Assembly (NCBI GenBank): GCA_004431415.1
Contig: QPMI01000633.1
Location: 62,001-126,000, forward strand
Reading direction: 5' to 3'
Length of the DNA: 64,000 bases
From: Cyanophora paradoxa CCMP329
Taxonomy: Eukaryota; Plantae; Glaucophyta
The notes beneath the pieces were generated by a model. That model was not told the DNA's origin. It searched no databases and saw only the letters and a program-made list of their open reading frames with translations. Each line of letters starts with the position of its first letter. Positions within the stretch are counted from its first letter, which is position 1. A program made the translations under genes and the position numbers. Shown here piece after piece: positions 9,101 through 19,593 of the stretch.

Positions 9101-12100
9101 TTTGGTGTGTGTGTGGTTTTGTATCCAACCTTGAACCACATTAGAGGTTGGATGATGAGGTAAATTTGCATTGCTTATAACTGTAAGGTAATCTATTACA
9201 GTATCAGGTGAGGTTATTTTTAATCCTCTGTAAATATTCAGAGTCTGGGTATGAGTGAATCCATATTTTTGTTGAATGTAATACCTCACAGCATTCTTTT
9301 CAGAAGTTGTCAAAGCCCTATTGAAAACAATCAACTCGGAAATACCACCATTCACAATATTACCAAATCCGAAATGATTGACAGTATTATCTGGTAGATA
9401 ATTCGTTCCTACAAGTGTTTGAATATCTACTCCATTTAACCCGACTGTGTAGCTGTTTGGAGTAATTGTTTGGTCAGTGTAATACCATGTATTTATTAAA
9501 GAAGGAACCGTAATAACTGGGCGGGTTTGGGATACTCCATTAATAGTAAACTGGTTCATTCCAATAGCAGTAGAAGATGTTGCCCCATAATAACAATATC
9601 GTGATGGAGAGGCGCTTCTGTAAAGTCTCAAATGAACTTGCATAGAAGAGGTAGTTGGATGATATTTTCCCACAAAGAAAAATGTAAGCCCATTTGAGAA
9701 ATCAATAGTCCTTGTAGCAGAGGTATATGCATAAAAAGTGCCTGTTGGGTTTGAAACACTAACTTGGTTGTTGATTTCGGGATTGGTGTAATAGGAACTG
9801 ACTCCGGAGATAAACAAGTCTGGAACAACTGAATTTGGGACTCTACTTATTATAGTTGTATACGTTGCTGATTGACCTGGTTCTCCTGATGCCTTCCAAG
9901 CAAAAATGCAGTTCGAGATATTTAATGCTGGATCAAAGCTTGCTGGAACATCATACCATTCTCTGTAAACTTGATTCATGGTATTAAAATTGCCTGAACC
10001 AACTGTAAGAATTCCATTCACTTTTAGGTTGCTGGTCTCTATGTTGCTACTGTAAATATTACTATTAACCGTAAGATCTCCTGTGATCGTCCCACCAACA
10101 AGCGGAAGATATTTAGATAATTCCGCGGCAAATTCAGGTTTTGTTACATAATTTCCAAGCATAGCAAGAGTAACGAAATTAACGAGAATTACAGCCGTTA
10201 GGTAATCTTCTGTTACCACTCTCGAAATATCTTCATTGTGTATATTTTTTGCAGCCATTCTTTGATTGGCTTCGAGAACCCCACCATAATCTGTTTTAAT
10301 CCATGCAAGCTCTGCCCTTCCATAATTATCATTTGCAGTTCCCACTATGGGAATGTAGGAATACTTATCTCTGCTGAATACTATCATTGGTCTTGAACCA
10401 TCTAAGCTGCTTACATCTGCTACATGAACCTGTATAGCAGAGTTGTAATTTTGGTAGGTTGCTGGGTCTGTTGGGACTCTGAATGTATCTGTGGGAATGT
10501 CAGCCTCCATGTAGCTTGACACAAAGATATTTGGTATGGTTGCTCCTGGTTCAGGTGGTGGATTATAAGAGCCTGGTAATGTCCTAATATGAAGTGGTCC
10601 TCTCATAGCTGAATTCGCAAGTGTCCCATTCACATGAACATAGTGGTGATTCAAAAAGATCCTTTCAGGGACATTGCAAGTCTGGTAAAGAGAAACTCCC
10701 AGAGTAGCAAGAGGCTCTACTTTTGCGAATTCTGGTTGGTCATTGATCTCATCCCAGGTGTGTTCATGGTTGCTTGCTGCAAACTTATCTGGTATCCCAT
10801 CCAGATCACCCAATCATGCCTGTGATCCTCTGGTGGGAATTTCTCTGGTTTACCTAAGATCTCATCCCAGTCATGGTTGTGATCCTCTGGTGGAAATCTT
10901 GCTGGTTTGTTATTGATCTGCTCCCAATCTGGGAAGAACTCCCAAATCTCTGGGCGAAATCCATCTGGTAATAATTCTTCATGGGGTTCATATGGTTGCT
11001 CATAATCAACAACTGGTGGTTCGAGACCATCTGCTAAATATTCCTCATGGGGTTCATAATTCTGCTCATATTCATACTCTTGTGGATCTAAACCATCTGG
11101 TAAATACTCTTCCTCATTGGGATCATATTGATCATATTCATACTCTTGTGGGTCGAAACCATCAGGTAGGTATTCCTCCTCATCTGGAACGAATTGGTAT
11201 TCGTCAAGCTCCAAAATATCAATTTCAGGAGGTAAATATTGCTCATCAATTTGCTTTCTTGGTTCAATTATAGGTTTATTTCGAACTTGCTCCCAACTCA
11301 CAATGTGTTGACCAAAAGGAACTGTCTCATCTGCTGTGTATTCTCTTCCGGGTTGTTTTTTTGGTGTAAGATCTGGTGGATCCCATGGTAACGGAAATGG
11401 AACTGGAACAGGTCCGTAATGTTCAAATATTTCTCTTATCGTTTTCTCACTAACAAGTTTCTCGCCATTTGCATACACGTTGCTACCGTGAATATTTCGC
11501 CACTGTCGGGTTCTAATACCAAGATCTTTTGTGTTTGAAAACAAAGGTAGTAAATGTCGATCCATTTCGACAAGATCGGGATGTAGATGAATCGCTACTG
11601 GTTGAGTGGGACTACTATTAATGGTTATTGATGGTTTTTGTTGGTGAACGTCTTTCGGAGTAAAAAACCCAAAAGGTTCATTTTTCGCAAAATCATAAGT
11701 AATGTCTTTTGGGTATACATTATTTGTGATACATACTTGATTCGCATTAGGAAAACTACCTACTTGTAAGATTTGTGATGACTCGACGATTGGTGTGCTA
11801 CCTTCATTATAAATTCTTAGACCTGTATTCTGTTTACCTTTCTCATCTTGAACATTAAACACTAATCGCCCACTATCGAAACGCGTCGGAATATCGGGAT
11901 GGGTTTTACTTGTTTTAAGTTTCCGTTGTCTTCTTGTTGCTTTAATTTCGGCAACTTCGTTTTTTTTAACGTCTCCCAAACTGAAAGCAATACTTACATC
12001 TTCTCTGTTTGGGTCTGTTTGATTCAGCGATAAAGCATGCTCTCTGGATTGCGTCTTACTGGGTTTATCTGCGCTCTGATCAATAGAAGCCGATCCTTTG

Positions 12101-12186
12101 ATGGTGATATTATCGAAATTCACATGTTTAGGGTTTGTTTTACCACCACTTATTGTTTGTAAATTTGCTGGATAATTGAAACTCAT
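6138..12186 (-). CDS. Giant (~2016 aa) phage-like fibre/spike protein with HxH repeats, LamG-like domain and C-terminal peptidase S74 intramolecular chaperone; two 1-nt frameshifts (CCC at 10809-10811 and 7702-7704)
   Basis: Three overlapping ORFs join into continuous repeats (EDHRHDW|GDLDGIPDKF; QHMPW|GNCRYFDIYG matching the paralogous YLPWTNSRLFEIWG). S74 motif SDIRYKTDI...GLIAQDVQKVIPEVV...LIEAVKEL; LamG-like ISELIVFNRALT...YIQQKYG. Confidence 0.8.
8651..9117 (-). repeat. Coding tandem repeat, 36-bp unit x ~13 (HTHTKAQITDFD)
   Basis: 12 near-identical units between 8651 and 9083 plus one degenerate unit; in frame in the fibre gene. Confidence 0.95.
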
Positions 12187-12235
12187 CCCTGCATGCTCTA
12201 CATATAGAGATTTATTAAATTTCGATAAAGTAAAG

Positions 12236-13792
12236 ATGCCTCAAAAGATCGTTTTAGCGTTGTCTGGCGGGGGTGCGCGTGGTATCATCATAACAAGGTT
12301 ACTAACAGAAATTGAAAATAGAACTGGTAGACGTATAATAAATCTTGTCGATCTTGTAAGCGGAACATCCACAGGTGGTATAATTGCTATTGGGTTAAAC
12401 ATCAGACATCCTGAGATGCCCTATGAACCGAAACTAACCGCTAACGATTTGCATAATATATATCTAACACAATTACCGTTAATTTTTGCGAATCCGCGAA
12501 ATATCATTGAAAATGCCCTTTTCAATACAAAATACGATGCTACACCACTGGAAAGTGCGATTTATTCAGTAACTGGTGAATCACTCATAAGAGATTCTCT
12601 AAAAGACATTGTGATTACATCTTTTGATACTCAATATATGAAACCAATATTTATAACAAACGATAACAAATACAATTTTTTGCCGAATAAAATAGTAGCG
12701 CGTGCTACATCTGCTGCTCCAACATACTTTTCACCTGTTAGCATTGTAGATTTCAATAATGGCGTAATTGCTTCTCTGATTGATGGCGCAATTTCAGGAA
12801 ACAATAACCCAAGTGTATGCGGTTATAGTCATGCAAAAAAGATTTATAATGAAGATGATGAAATTATAGTTATAAGTATATCTTGTGGTGAGGTTGATGC
12901 AAATTTAGAATCTGAATATTTCGGATATGCTTATGAGACTGTGAATAGCTGGGGTATTCTTTCATGGATTGCTTCAACAGAAGGAAGCCCATTAATTAAT
13001 ATGCTAATGGCTGCAAGCGAACTATCCGCTCTTGATAAAATGGAAGAATTACTACCTCCAAATCTTGACCAAGGATATAATAGATATTTCCGTCTTTCTG
13101 TTCCGCTTCCAAATGATATAGTTCGATCACTTGATGATACATCTAAGATACCTGAAATGCTCGCATTCACTGAAACGTATATTGCTGCAAATGACGCTAT
13201 GATAAATAGACTCTGTGATTTACTTGTAACAAATTATGAGATTAATAACCCTGTCAGATCGTATATATCTTCCACTCTTAATAACATACCTCCCATTGAC
13301 GCTAATTGGTATCTTCTGTCAGATAATGCGTTTTCTGCTTCGTCTGCGAAATTCGGAAAAGAGGCATTTAAAGCCCGCCCATCATTAACAGGATGGGAAG
13401 CGAACGCATCCGCCATAAACGGAGTATGGGAAACGCCAACTGAATATTTGCAAATTGCTTTTCCATATACATATGAAATCGCTTCTATAATTGCTTATGG
13501 TTCAGGTATAACAACTGCGTTTATTAAAACTTTCAATGTTGCGACATCGCAAGATGGTTTAACATGGTCCTTCATCAAATCTGATGGTGTAAATAGAATC
13601 TTTGTATGTGAAAATATAAATAATGCTAATAACTCTGGGGATGTATCATATGCTACGGGTTTCCCGCTTATAATTAACGATGTATTTAATATACGTTATT
13701 CTTTGAGAATTCAATATATTCGTATTTATCCATTAGTATATATAAATGCTCCAACTATGAGAGTCGATGTGACGGGCGCATTTATACGGTAG
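12236..13792 (+). CDS. Patatin-like phospholipase fused to a C-terminal F5/8 type C (discoidin) domain
   Basis: GGGARG oxyanion motif, GTSTG nucleophile elbow, DGA catalytic Asp; C-terminal EYLQI...SQDGLTW...YIRIYP...MRVDV discoidin pattern. Confidence 0.88.
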   Translation: MPQKIVLALSGGGARGIIITRLLTEIENRTGRRIINLVDLVSGTSTGGIIAIGLNIRHPEMPYEPKLTANDLHNIYLTQLPLIFANPRNIIENALFNTKYDATPLESAIYSVTGESLIRDSLKDIVITSFDTQYMKPIFITNDNKYNFLPNKIVARATSAAPTYFSPVSIVDFNNGVIASLIDGAISGNNNPSVCGYSHAKKIYNEDDEIIVISISCGEVDANLESEYFGYAYETVNSWGILSWIASTEGSPLINMLMAASELSALDKMEELLPPNLDQGYNRYFRLSVPLPNDIVRSLDDTSKIPEMLAFTETYIAANDAMINRLCDLLVTNYEINNPVRSYISSTLNNIPPIDANWYLLSDNAFSASSAKFGKEAFKARPSLTGWEANASAINGVWETPTEYLQIAFPYTYEIASIIAYGSGITTAFIKTFNVATSQDGLTWSFIKSDGVNRIFVCENINNANNSGDVSYATGFPLIINDVFNIRYSLRIQYIRIYPLVYINAPTMRVDVTGAFIR

Positions 13793-13821
13793 AAAAAGAG
13801 GGATTTTTTTCCGATTTTTTG

Positions 13822-14285
13822 ATTATATATATGTATATGTATATGTATATGTATATATGTCGGAGGTTTGTGTATATATAGGGTATATATGTCGGAGGTT
13901 TGTGTATATATAGTGTATATATGTCATGACGTCATTGTATATATGCGGTATATATGTCGTGACGTCATAGGGGGGAAGAAGTGTGATATGATAACTGGGG
14001 GATGAAGTATGATAACTGGGGGGAAGAAGTATGATATGATAACTGGGGGATGAATTATGATAACTGGGGGATGAATTATGATAACTGGGGGATTAATTAT
14101 GATAACTGGGGGGAAGTATGATAACTGGGGGGGAGAAGTATGATAACTGGGGGGGAGAAGTATGATAACTGGGGGGGAGAAGTATGATAACTGGGGGGGA
14201 AAGTATGATATGATATGATATGATAACCGGGGGGAGAGGTATGATATGATAACCCCACAGTAGGGATGCCCCACAGTAGGGACTT
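13822..14285 (+). repeat. Non-coding low-complexity block: (TATATG)n, duplicated GTCGGAGGTTTGTG, then ~11 copies of TATGATAACTG5-7
   Basis: Read directly; lies between the convergent patatin and integrase genes. Confidence 0.9.
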
Positions 14286-14436
14286 TTTAATTTTCCACCA
14301 AATTATTTAATTTTGGGTTCCGGAACCCAAGAATTCCCCCAAAATCATACACACTGCTGTAACTCTTCACCAACTCATCAACTATTAAACCCGCGACCAT
14401 CACCGGAATCCTCTTTGCATTTTCTACACATCTTTG

Positions 14437-15837
14437 CTACTTTTGCGAACTGGATCTTAGATTTACCCGGGTTTGTGGGGCTGAATATGTCTCTTTTGAG
14501 GTCTGGAAGTCTGTATACCATCTCTGACTGTTGACTTCTGATAGTTTCTGGGTTCCTGCTATGGTCAACTTCTTTAATTCACGCTCCGCCTTACCTTTCT
14601 TCTTGGTTCTGGCTTGTGTTAACGGTTCGTCTGGGACATCATCCGCTTTTTCGATGCCTTCCTTGCGAATCGCCGAATCGACCCGGGCTTCTTCTTTCGC
14701 TTGTTCGAGTGCATCTACTGTGGGCGCTTCGTGATACTCAACACCTTTGATTGGTAACAGTTCATGAAAAGCAAACCTCCCTTCGACCATTTCACCGTTC
14801 GGGTTTCGCAACCGAAACTTGAAACCCTCTCTCCCTTCGACAGTATAAACGATTCGCGACCAATTGACACCCTGTTTAGCGAATGGGTTCTTTTCTATTC
14901 TCACTCTCACAAACATACCCTGTTTCACGCCATCTAAGTAAGCAATTGATTTCTTGAACCTCTCATCTTCTAATCCGATAATCTCACGGTAATGCTCTTC
15001 CGTCGTTTCTGCTGGTTTTCTCTTAGTTGCTGAGTGGATTGTATTGTTATAGTTATACTCAATGTCTCCCAATACATCGAAGAATCGGGCTGTGTTGTTT
15101 GCTATGCAATAGTTTGTGATCAATCGTTTGATCTGCTTGTTAAACGCTTCGATTCTACCTTGGCTTCGATGATCTGCGACATCGCTTGTCTGATGGTCTA
15201 TGAACTTCTTAGCAAGGTAATTCGTGAACATCGTATTTGTGAACTCGCTTCCGCTGTCACTCTGAATGCGAGCGATAGGTCGCGGAACTCTTCGTTGTAA
15301 CTGCTCAAACGCCGCAAGTGCCGTAAGAGCGCTCTTATCTCTCATCGGAATGATGTAACCGGTGCGTAAGGTCGATTCCATCGCGGACATGAACGTATCG
15401 TAACCGTCGTTTTGGTTCTTGTATGCCGGGAAGAAGAGCAGATCGATTACGTAGGTATCGAGAGGTTGCCGAATCGGAATCATCGGATCTCTCTTTCTTG
15501 AAAGAGTCGGTGCGTTGATCTGAACGACTTCCTGTTTATCATACCATTCTCTCATTTTTTTGTAATCCTCCTCCGGTAGTTCCTTTCTCATTGCCCCGAA
15601 ACCCTTGTAACCCGTGCGCGGATCGTAAAACTTCTTCGCGATCTTTGATTCTTTCGTTACAGTCTCAGTAGGTAATGCCTCCGGGATCAGTTCTTTAACC
15701 ATCTCAGACTTCTTCAAGATTCGTGTGTTCTTCTCTTCGACCGGAATAGTGATTGGTAGCATGTTCCCTTGGTCTTCTTTCATGCTCTTCTTTACAATTT
15801 TAGGGACGGGTCGCAATCCTATCTGTGCTGAGGGCAT
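14437..15837 (-). CDS. Retroviral-like (rve, DDE) integrase of Polinton type
   Basis: YVIDLL (D1), IQSDSGSEF (D2), GRIEAFNKQIK (E), YNNTIHSAT, and C-terminal SH3-like GMFVRV...WS...G.F.FHEL; consistent with the 6-bp TSD. Confidence 0.92.
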   Translation of the reverse strand: MPSAQIGLRPVPKIVKKSMKEDQGNMLPITIPVEEKNTRILKKSEMVKELIPEALPTETVTKESKIAKKFYDPRTGYKGFGAMRKELPEEDYKKMREWYDKQEVVQINAPTLSRKRDPMIPIRQPLDTYVIDLLFFPAYKNQNDGYDTFMSAMESTLRTGYIIPMRDKSALTALAAFEQLQRRVPRPIARIQSDSGSEFTNTMFTNYLAKKFIDHQTSDVADHRSQGRIEAFNKQIKRLITNYCIANNTARFFDVLGDIEYNYNNTIHSATKRKPAETTEEHYREIIGLEDERFKKSIAYLDGVKQGMFVRVRIEKNPFAKQGVNWSRIVYTVEGREGFKFRLRNPNGEMVEGRFAFHELLPIKGVEYHEAPTVDALEQAKEEARVDSAIRKEGIEKADDVPDEPLTQARTKKKGKAERELKKLTIAGTQKLSEVNSQRWYTDFQTSKETYSAPQTRVNLRSSSQK

Positions 15838-16022
15838 CTTTACTTTATTTTCAATATATTAATAATGGACGAGCCGGTTTGGACAGAACACCCGAAACCA
15901 AACTACTTTGCGATCGATCCAAATGACCCCGGTTTAAGGTGCATATGGTTGCTGCATCTGATCCGTGGTTTGCTGCTACTTGGAGATCGAAAAAATAAAA
16001 AGAGAAGTATTGAGCAAGTATA

Positions 16023-19000
16023 TTAAAGACCAAATGGAATGCTGTGAATGCCGTCGGCTGATATCTTCCGTTTGCTATCGAGTTGGTTTAGAGCGACCCT
16101 TCTGCTCTCCAAGTCATATAAGTTGTGGTCTTGCCTTCGCTTGTTTGTTACTGATACTGTTTTTATGATGCCTTCGAACAGACATCTCTTAAAATCATCA
16201 AAATGAACCTCTTTTGAGGAAGTCCCCGACATCTTTACTCTTTCGTTGGTCTCAGTTCTAAAAGCATAGAGTTTCGATCTCAGACCCACATACTCCATGA
16301 TCTTTGCATTTGGGAACTCATTTTTATATTTACCTGGAACCATGCGGTTTTTGATACTCACGAGAGGATGGGATTTATCGTAATTGCTCCTATCGAGATA
16401 CTCACCTATCTCTTTCATATCTTCATTGAGATTATTGGTTTTCAGGAAAAGACAGAACGAATCTGTATCGTGGAACAGTAGTTTAGCGGTTTCCCACTTC
16501 TTCCTTACCACATCATAGAAGAACCGATAGTTATGTAGTTTCGCGAAATCCAAAACGAAAGCGCCAATTGCTACGGGTTTATCTAAATTTACATGCTTCG
16601 AATACATCTCAAAGGCAACTGCGTTTTCGTTTAATACATTGGTCGCTTTGATAAGCGGACTTGCTGCGTATTTCTTACAGAGTTTCTCACTGTTAGCGAT
16701 CTTGACAGTAGATTTGTGCCTGAGTAGAGTATTCAGACCAATATATGATTTCATGAATGGGGAAGTAGCGAATGAGAGAACTTTATGTATCTTTTTTAAA
16801 ACGACACCCTTCTTAACGATGTAATTAAGAAGAGGTCGAGCGATTACGTATTTATTCTTGGGCGTAAATGTCGCTGTAAGTTTGGGGTCTCTGCTGATCT
16901 TTTCGCCCGTCAGATCTAATAGTTTTCGTTGATAATCACCAAGCATCTCAGTGGTTATCACTTCTTTATTTACGATCAGTGGGAAATCGTAATGATCTTC
17001 GAGGTTTGTGGGGTATTCAAGATCAACTTCAATAAATGCGCTTCGTCCCTCTACCTCTTTAAGTGCCTCTGTGATGTCTTCCCATCGATAATCTCCGATA
17101 GGTAGTGGTTGACTGAGAGCATAACCATAAAGATTATTCGCATCCAACAATACTATATGATCGTCGGCATTCTCTACCTTTGCGTATCGTGTGGGCATGG
17201 TAGCAAATCCACCGCGAATTGCTCTCTCAACAAATTCGTATTTCTCTACATCATCGATTAGTGCAATCTTAACTTTCGTGTGTTTGAGCATAGCGTCCCA
17301 AGAGAGACCCGGTGCGCTAACGTAATGTGCGGGATCCAATCCATATTGAGAAAACGCCAATTTGCGGAATGCTTCAAACTTTCTCATTAAATCACCCACA
17401 TCCACAGATTGGAAATCCATGAAATGGGAAGCATCAATGAACTTCCACATGCCCCATTGAAGCGACAGGTATTGATCGAAATTCTTGCTTAGAATCTCAA
17501 CACGTAATTTATCATCTTGTTGGGCAATTTTGCGGAATATTCCATGTCCGCATTCATCCATGTGATCGACAACGATAGCTACTTTGGTTTGCTTTGAGAT
17601 TCGCCGGTGGAGGTTACAGTTTCGGCATGCCTTCCCGATGAAATTGCCGGATTGGTGACAATGATCGCGAACGGGGAAGTTTTCGTGGGTGAATCTCTGA
17701 GAGCAAATATAACAGTTTTTTGTTATCTTGTATTCCGCCTTCTGATCGTCTGTGAGTGGATGCATCGAAATATTTCTAAACAGCGTCTCAACTATTTCGG
17801 GTCTGATATCTTGGAGAGTAGCAAAGAGAGAACCGAGAGGATCGGCTCCCTCAAAATGGTATGCTCTCACTTCTTCTCCCATTACCACTCTCAGTGAAAC
17901 CGCTTTAATCTCACGTTTACTCCTCTGAGCATCGATAGCAACCGAATGATCTTCGACTTTGACATAACAGATCACAGGAAGCCAAACGGTTTTACGTAGA
18001 TGTTGCAGACCGAATTCAATTGCGCTTCCCGCTTTTGGGCATTTGCCTTTGCTCTCCCTCCAATCAATGCAGCGATTCGCTTCAACATGCAGGTCTAATT
18101 TCTCCTGAGTTCTGAAACGCGATAAGCAGGTTTCACAGTAATAAATGCGACCATCACATGCTTTATCAAACGTAGTTTTCAGAAGACGACTAAAAGACAT
18201 GATAGTAATGTAGTGTCCCCGATCATCTTCGGTGTTTTCAATAAGTAAAAGGTTAATTTTGGTCTTTCGTCTTGGATTACTTGATTGATGGAGAGGATAG
18301 AAACACTCTTTGGCGTTATCGGCTCCGTAAATGTTAATGGATAAATCGGGGTTTAGTTCTTCGAAACGATCGATTACCTCAGCATCACATGCAATGGGAA
18401 ACTGAATACCATCGAAATTGAGTTCATTTAACCATCGGCGGTATTGGCTTGGTTCATTGCTCTTGTGTTTGTTAATGTCCTTTCGATGCAGGTAAGCCAA
18501 AATCGCATACTTGAAGCAATCTTGACCGTCGATATTCTTAACGTTCACCGTTGCCTTCTTGGATGCAATCCATTCGGGAGTTGCGAAATAGCATCCTCCC
18601 ACAGGTGCATAAGACATGATAATGCCTCTTAAAATTTCGATCTTCTCCAAACGGTAACTATCCACTTGCGTCATTTCCTCTTGCATTTTCTGTAACGCTT
18701 TGCGAACTTCTGTGTCTATGTTGCGGGATCGGGTAATTACGAAATAATCGCTGTAAATGTATTTGGTGATATAGATGCGCGGATTACCTACTTTGGTAAA
18801 TTTGCAAACGAAAGTCAGACGGACTTTAACCGCTCTCAGTTGATCTAAGCGGGTTCTAATGCGTTGCGGTAGACTTGGTGCGATTCTTTCGAGGAATTCG
18901 ATAGCATCCACGACAACTTCATTTCGGGCGCGATAGGTTAACCACGAATACGCTTGATTCATCGCTTGTCCATCTTCAATGTCCGGTTCAATTGCTCCTA

Positions 19001-19220
19001 ATCTCTGTCCTTCACCCATAAATTCCTCCATTCGTTGCATGCGATCGTAGAGGTCATTTGCAATCTCAGTGAGTTGTCCTAATCGCGGTCGTCTATCTAA
19101 GATGGTGGCTTCTCTATCGAATTCCGCTTCGGTTATCTCACCGGTAACTAAGAGAGTTCCTAACAATCCAAGTATTTCATTTTTCTTTTCTTTGATCAGT
19201 CTGTTGGTTTGGCGGGGCAT
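16023..19220 (-). CDS. Protein-primed family B DNA polymerase (Maverick-type), apparently degenerate
   Basis: N-terminal KKATVNVKN..DCFKYAI, zinc finger, EndoVII-like RDHCH..G.F.G.AC..CN, motif A DANNLYG, motif C DTDS, KLY. Motif B and Exo I/II/III are not recognisable. Confidence 0.85.
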   Translation of the reverse strand: MPRQTNRLIKEKKNEILGLLGTLLVTGEITEAEFDREATILDRRPRLGQLTEIANDLYDRMQRMEEFMGEGQRLGAIEPDIEDGQAMNQAYSWLTYRARNEVVVDAIEFLERIAPSLPQRIRTRLDQLRAVKVRLTFVCKFTKVGNPRIYITKYIYSDYFVITRSRNIDTEVRKALQKMQEEMTQVDSYRLEKIEILRGIIMSYAPVGGCYFATPEWIASKKATVNVKNIDGQDCFKYAILAYLHRKDINKHKSNEPSQYRRWLNELNFDGIQFPIACDAEVIDRFEELNPDLSINIYGADNAKECFYPLHQSSNPRRKTKINLLLIENTEDDRGHYITIMSFSRLLKTTFDKACDGRIYYCETCLSRFRTQEKLDLHVEANRCIDWRESKGKCPKAGSAIEFGLQHLRKTVWLPVICYVKVEDHSVAIDAQRSKREIKAVSLRVVMGEEVRAYHFEGADPLGSLFATLQDIRPEIVETLFRNISMHPLTDDQKAEYKITKNCYICSQRFTHENFPVRDHCHQSGNFIGKACRNCNLHRRISKQTKVAIVVDHMDECGHGIFRKIAQQDDKLRVEILSKNFDQYLSLQWGMWKFIDASHFMDFQSVDVGDLMRKFEAFRKLAFSQYGLDPAHYVSAPGLSWDAMLKHTKVKIALIDDVEKYEFVERAIRGGFATMPTRYAKVENADDHIVLLDANNLYGYALSQPLPIGDYRWEDITEALKEVEGRSAFIEVDLEYPTNLEDHYDFPLIVNKEVITTEMLGDYQRKLLDLTGEKISRDPKLTATFTPKNKYVIARPLLNYIVKKGVVLKKIHKVLSFATSPFMKSYIGLNTLLRHKSTVKIANSEKLCKKYAASPLIKATNVLNENAVAFEMYSKHVNLDKPVAIGAFVLDFAKLHNYRFFYDVVRKKWETAKLLFHDTDSFCLFLKTNNLNEDMKEIGEYLDRSNYDKSHPLVSIKNRMVPGKYKNEFPNAKIMEYVGLRSKLYAFRTETNERVKMSGTSSKEVHFDDFKRCLFEGIIKTVSVTNKRRQDHNLYDLESRRVALNQLDSKRKISADGIHSIPFGL

Positions 19221-19241
19221 CTTTACTATAAAGGAACATTT

Positions 19242-19550
19242 TTATTTTGGATTTTGAACGCGTTTTGAAAGTTTATCTTGAAGTCGCTTTCGTGCATGGT
19301 TCACATCATGGCGACCCTGTCCCGCTCTCATTTCCTCGAAATCATTTGCGCACTGGTGGCCTCTTCCATTTTCGCAGTATCTATCTAATTTCTTTCTGAA
19401 ATGCCTGGGCATCTGATCATATTTACATCCTCCTTTCTCCAAGATCAACCGAAGCACTTTTTTTCTTTGCTCTGCATCTGTCAGAACTGGATCAGATCCA
19501 AAGCATTCATGATTGAGTCGGGCGAAATCTTCTTTTGAGAATGTGGTCAT
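19242..19550 (-). CDS. Hypothetical basic viral protein (102 aa)
   Basis: ATG ORF co-oriented and adjacent to pPolB; AAAAAATGAC motif upstream. Confidence 0.6.
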   Translation of the reverse strand: MTTFSKEDFARLNHECFGSDPVLTDAEQRKKVLRLILEKGGCKYDQMPRHFRKKLDRYCENGRGHQCANDFEEMRAGQGRHDVNHARKRLQDKLSKRVQNPK

Positions 19551-19593
19551 TGTGGTGCTCTTGGATCACATCTCTGAAATCGCGTCATTTTTT

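Noticed and set aside
8651-9117. 36-bp repeats resembling a CRISPR repeat length
   Set aside because: Head-to-tail with no spacers and in frame within the fibre gene; a coding tandem repeat
8555-9171. ORFs 8555..9163 (+) and 8623..9171 (-)
   Set aside because: Shadow frames of the stop-free tandem repeat
4080-12186. Diversity-generating retroelement or invertase shufflon acting on fibre genes
   Set aside because: No reverse transcriptase or site-specific recombinase, and no near-identical template/variable repeat pair or inverted crossover sites seen
12176-12235. Listed TTG start of the patatin ORF
   Set aside because: Overlaps the fibre start; ATG at 12236 directly precedes the patatin domain
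13924-14274. 116-aa PPVIII-repeat ORF
   Set aside because: Translation of the G-tract array; no ATG start, low complexity
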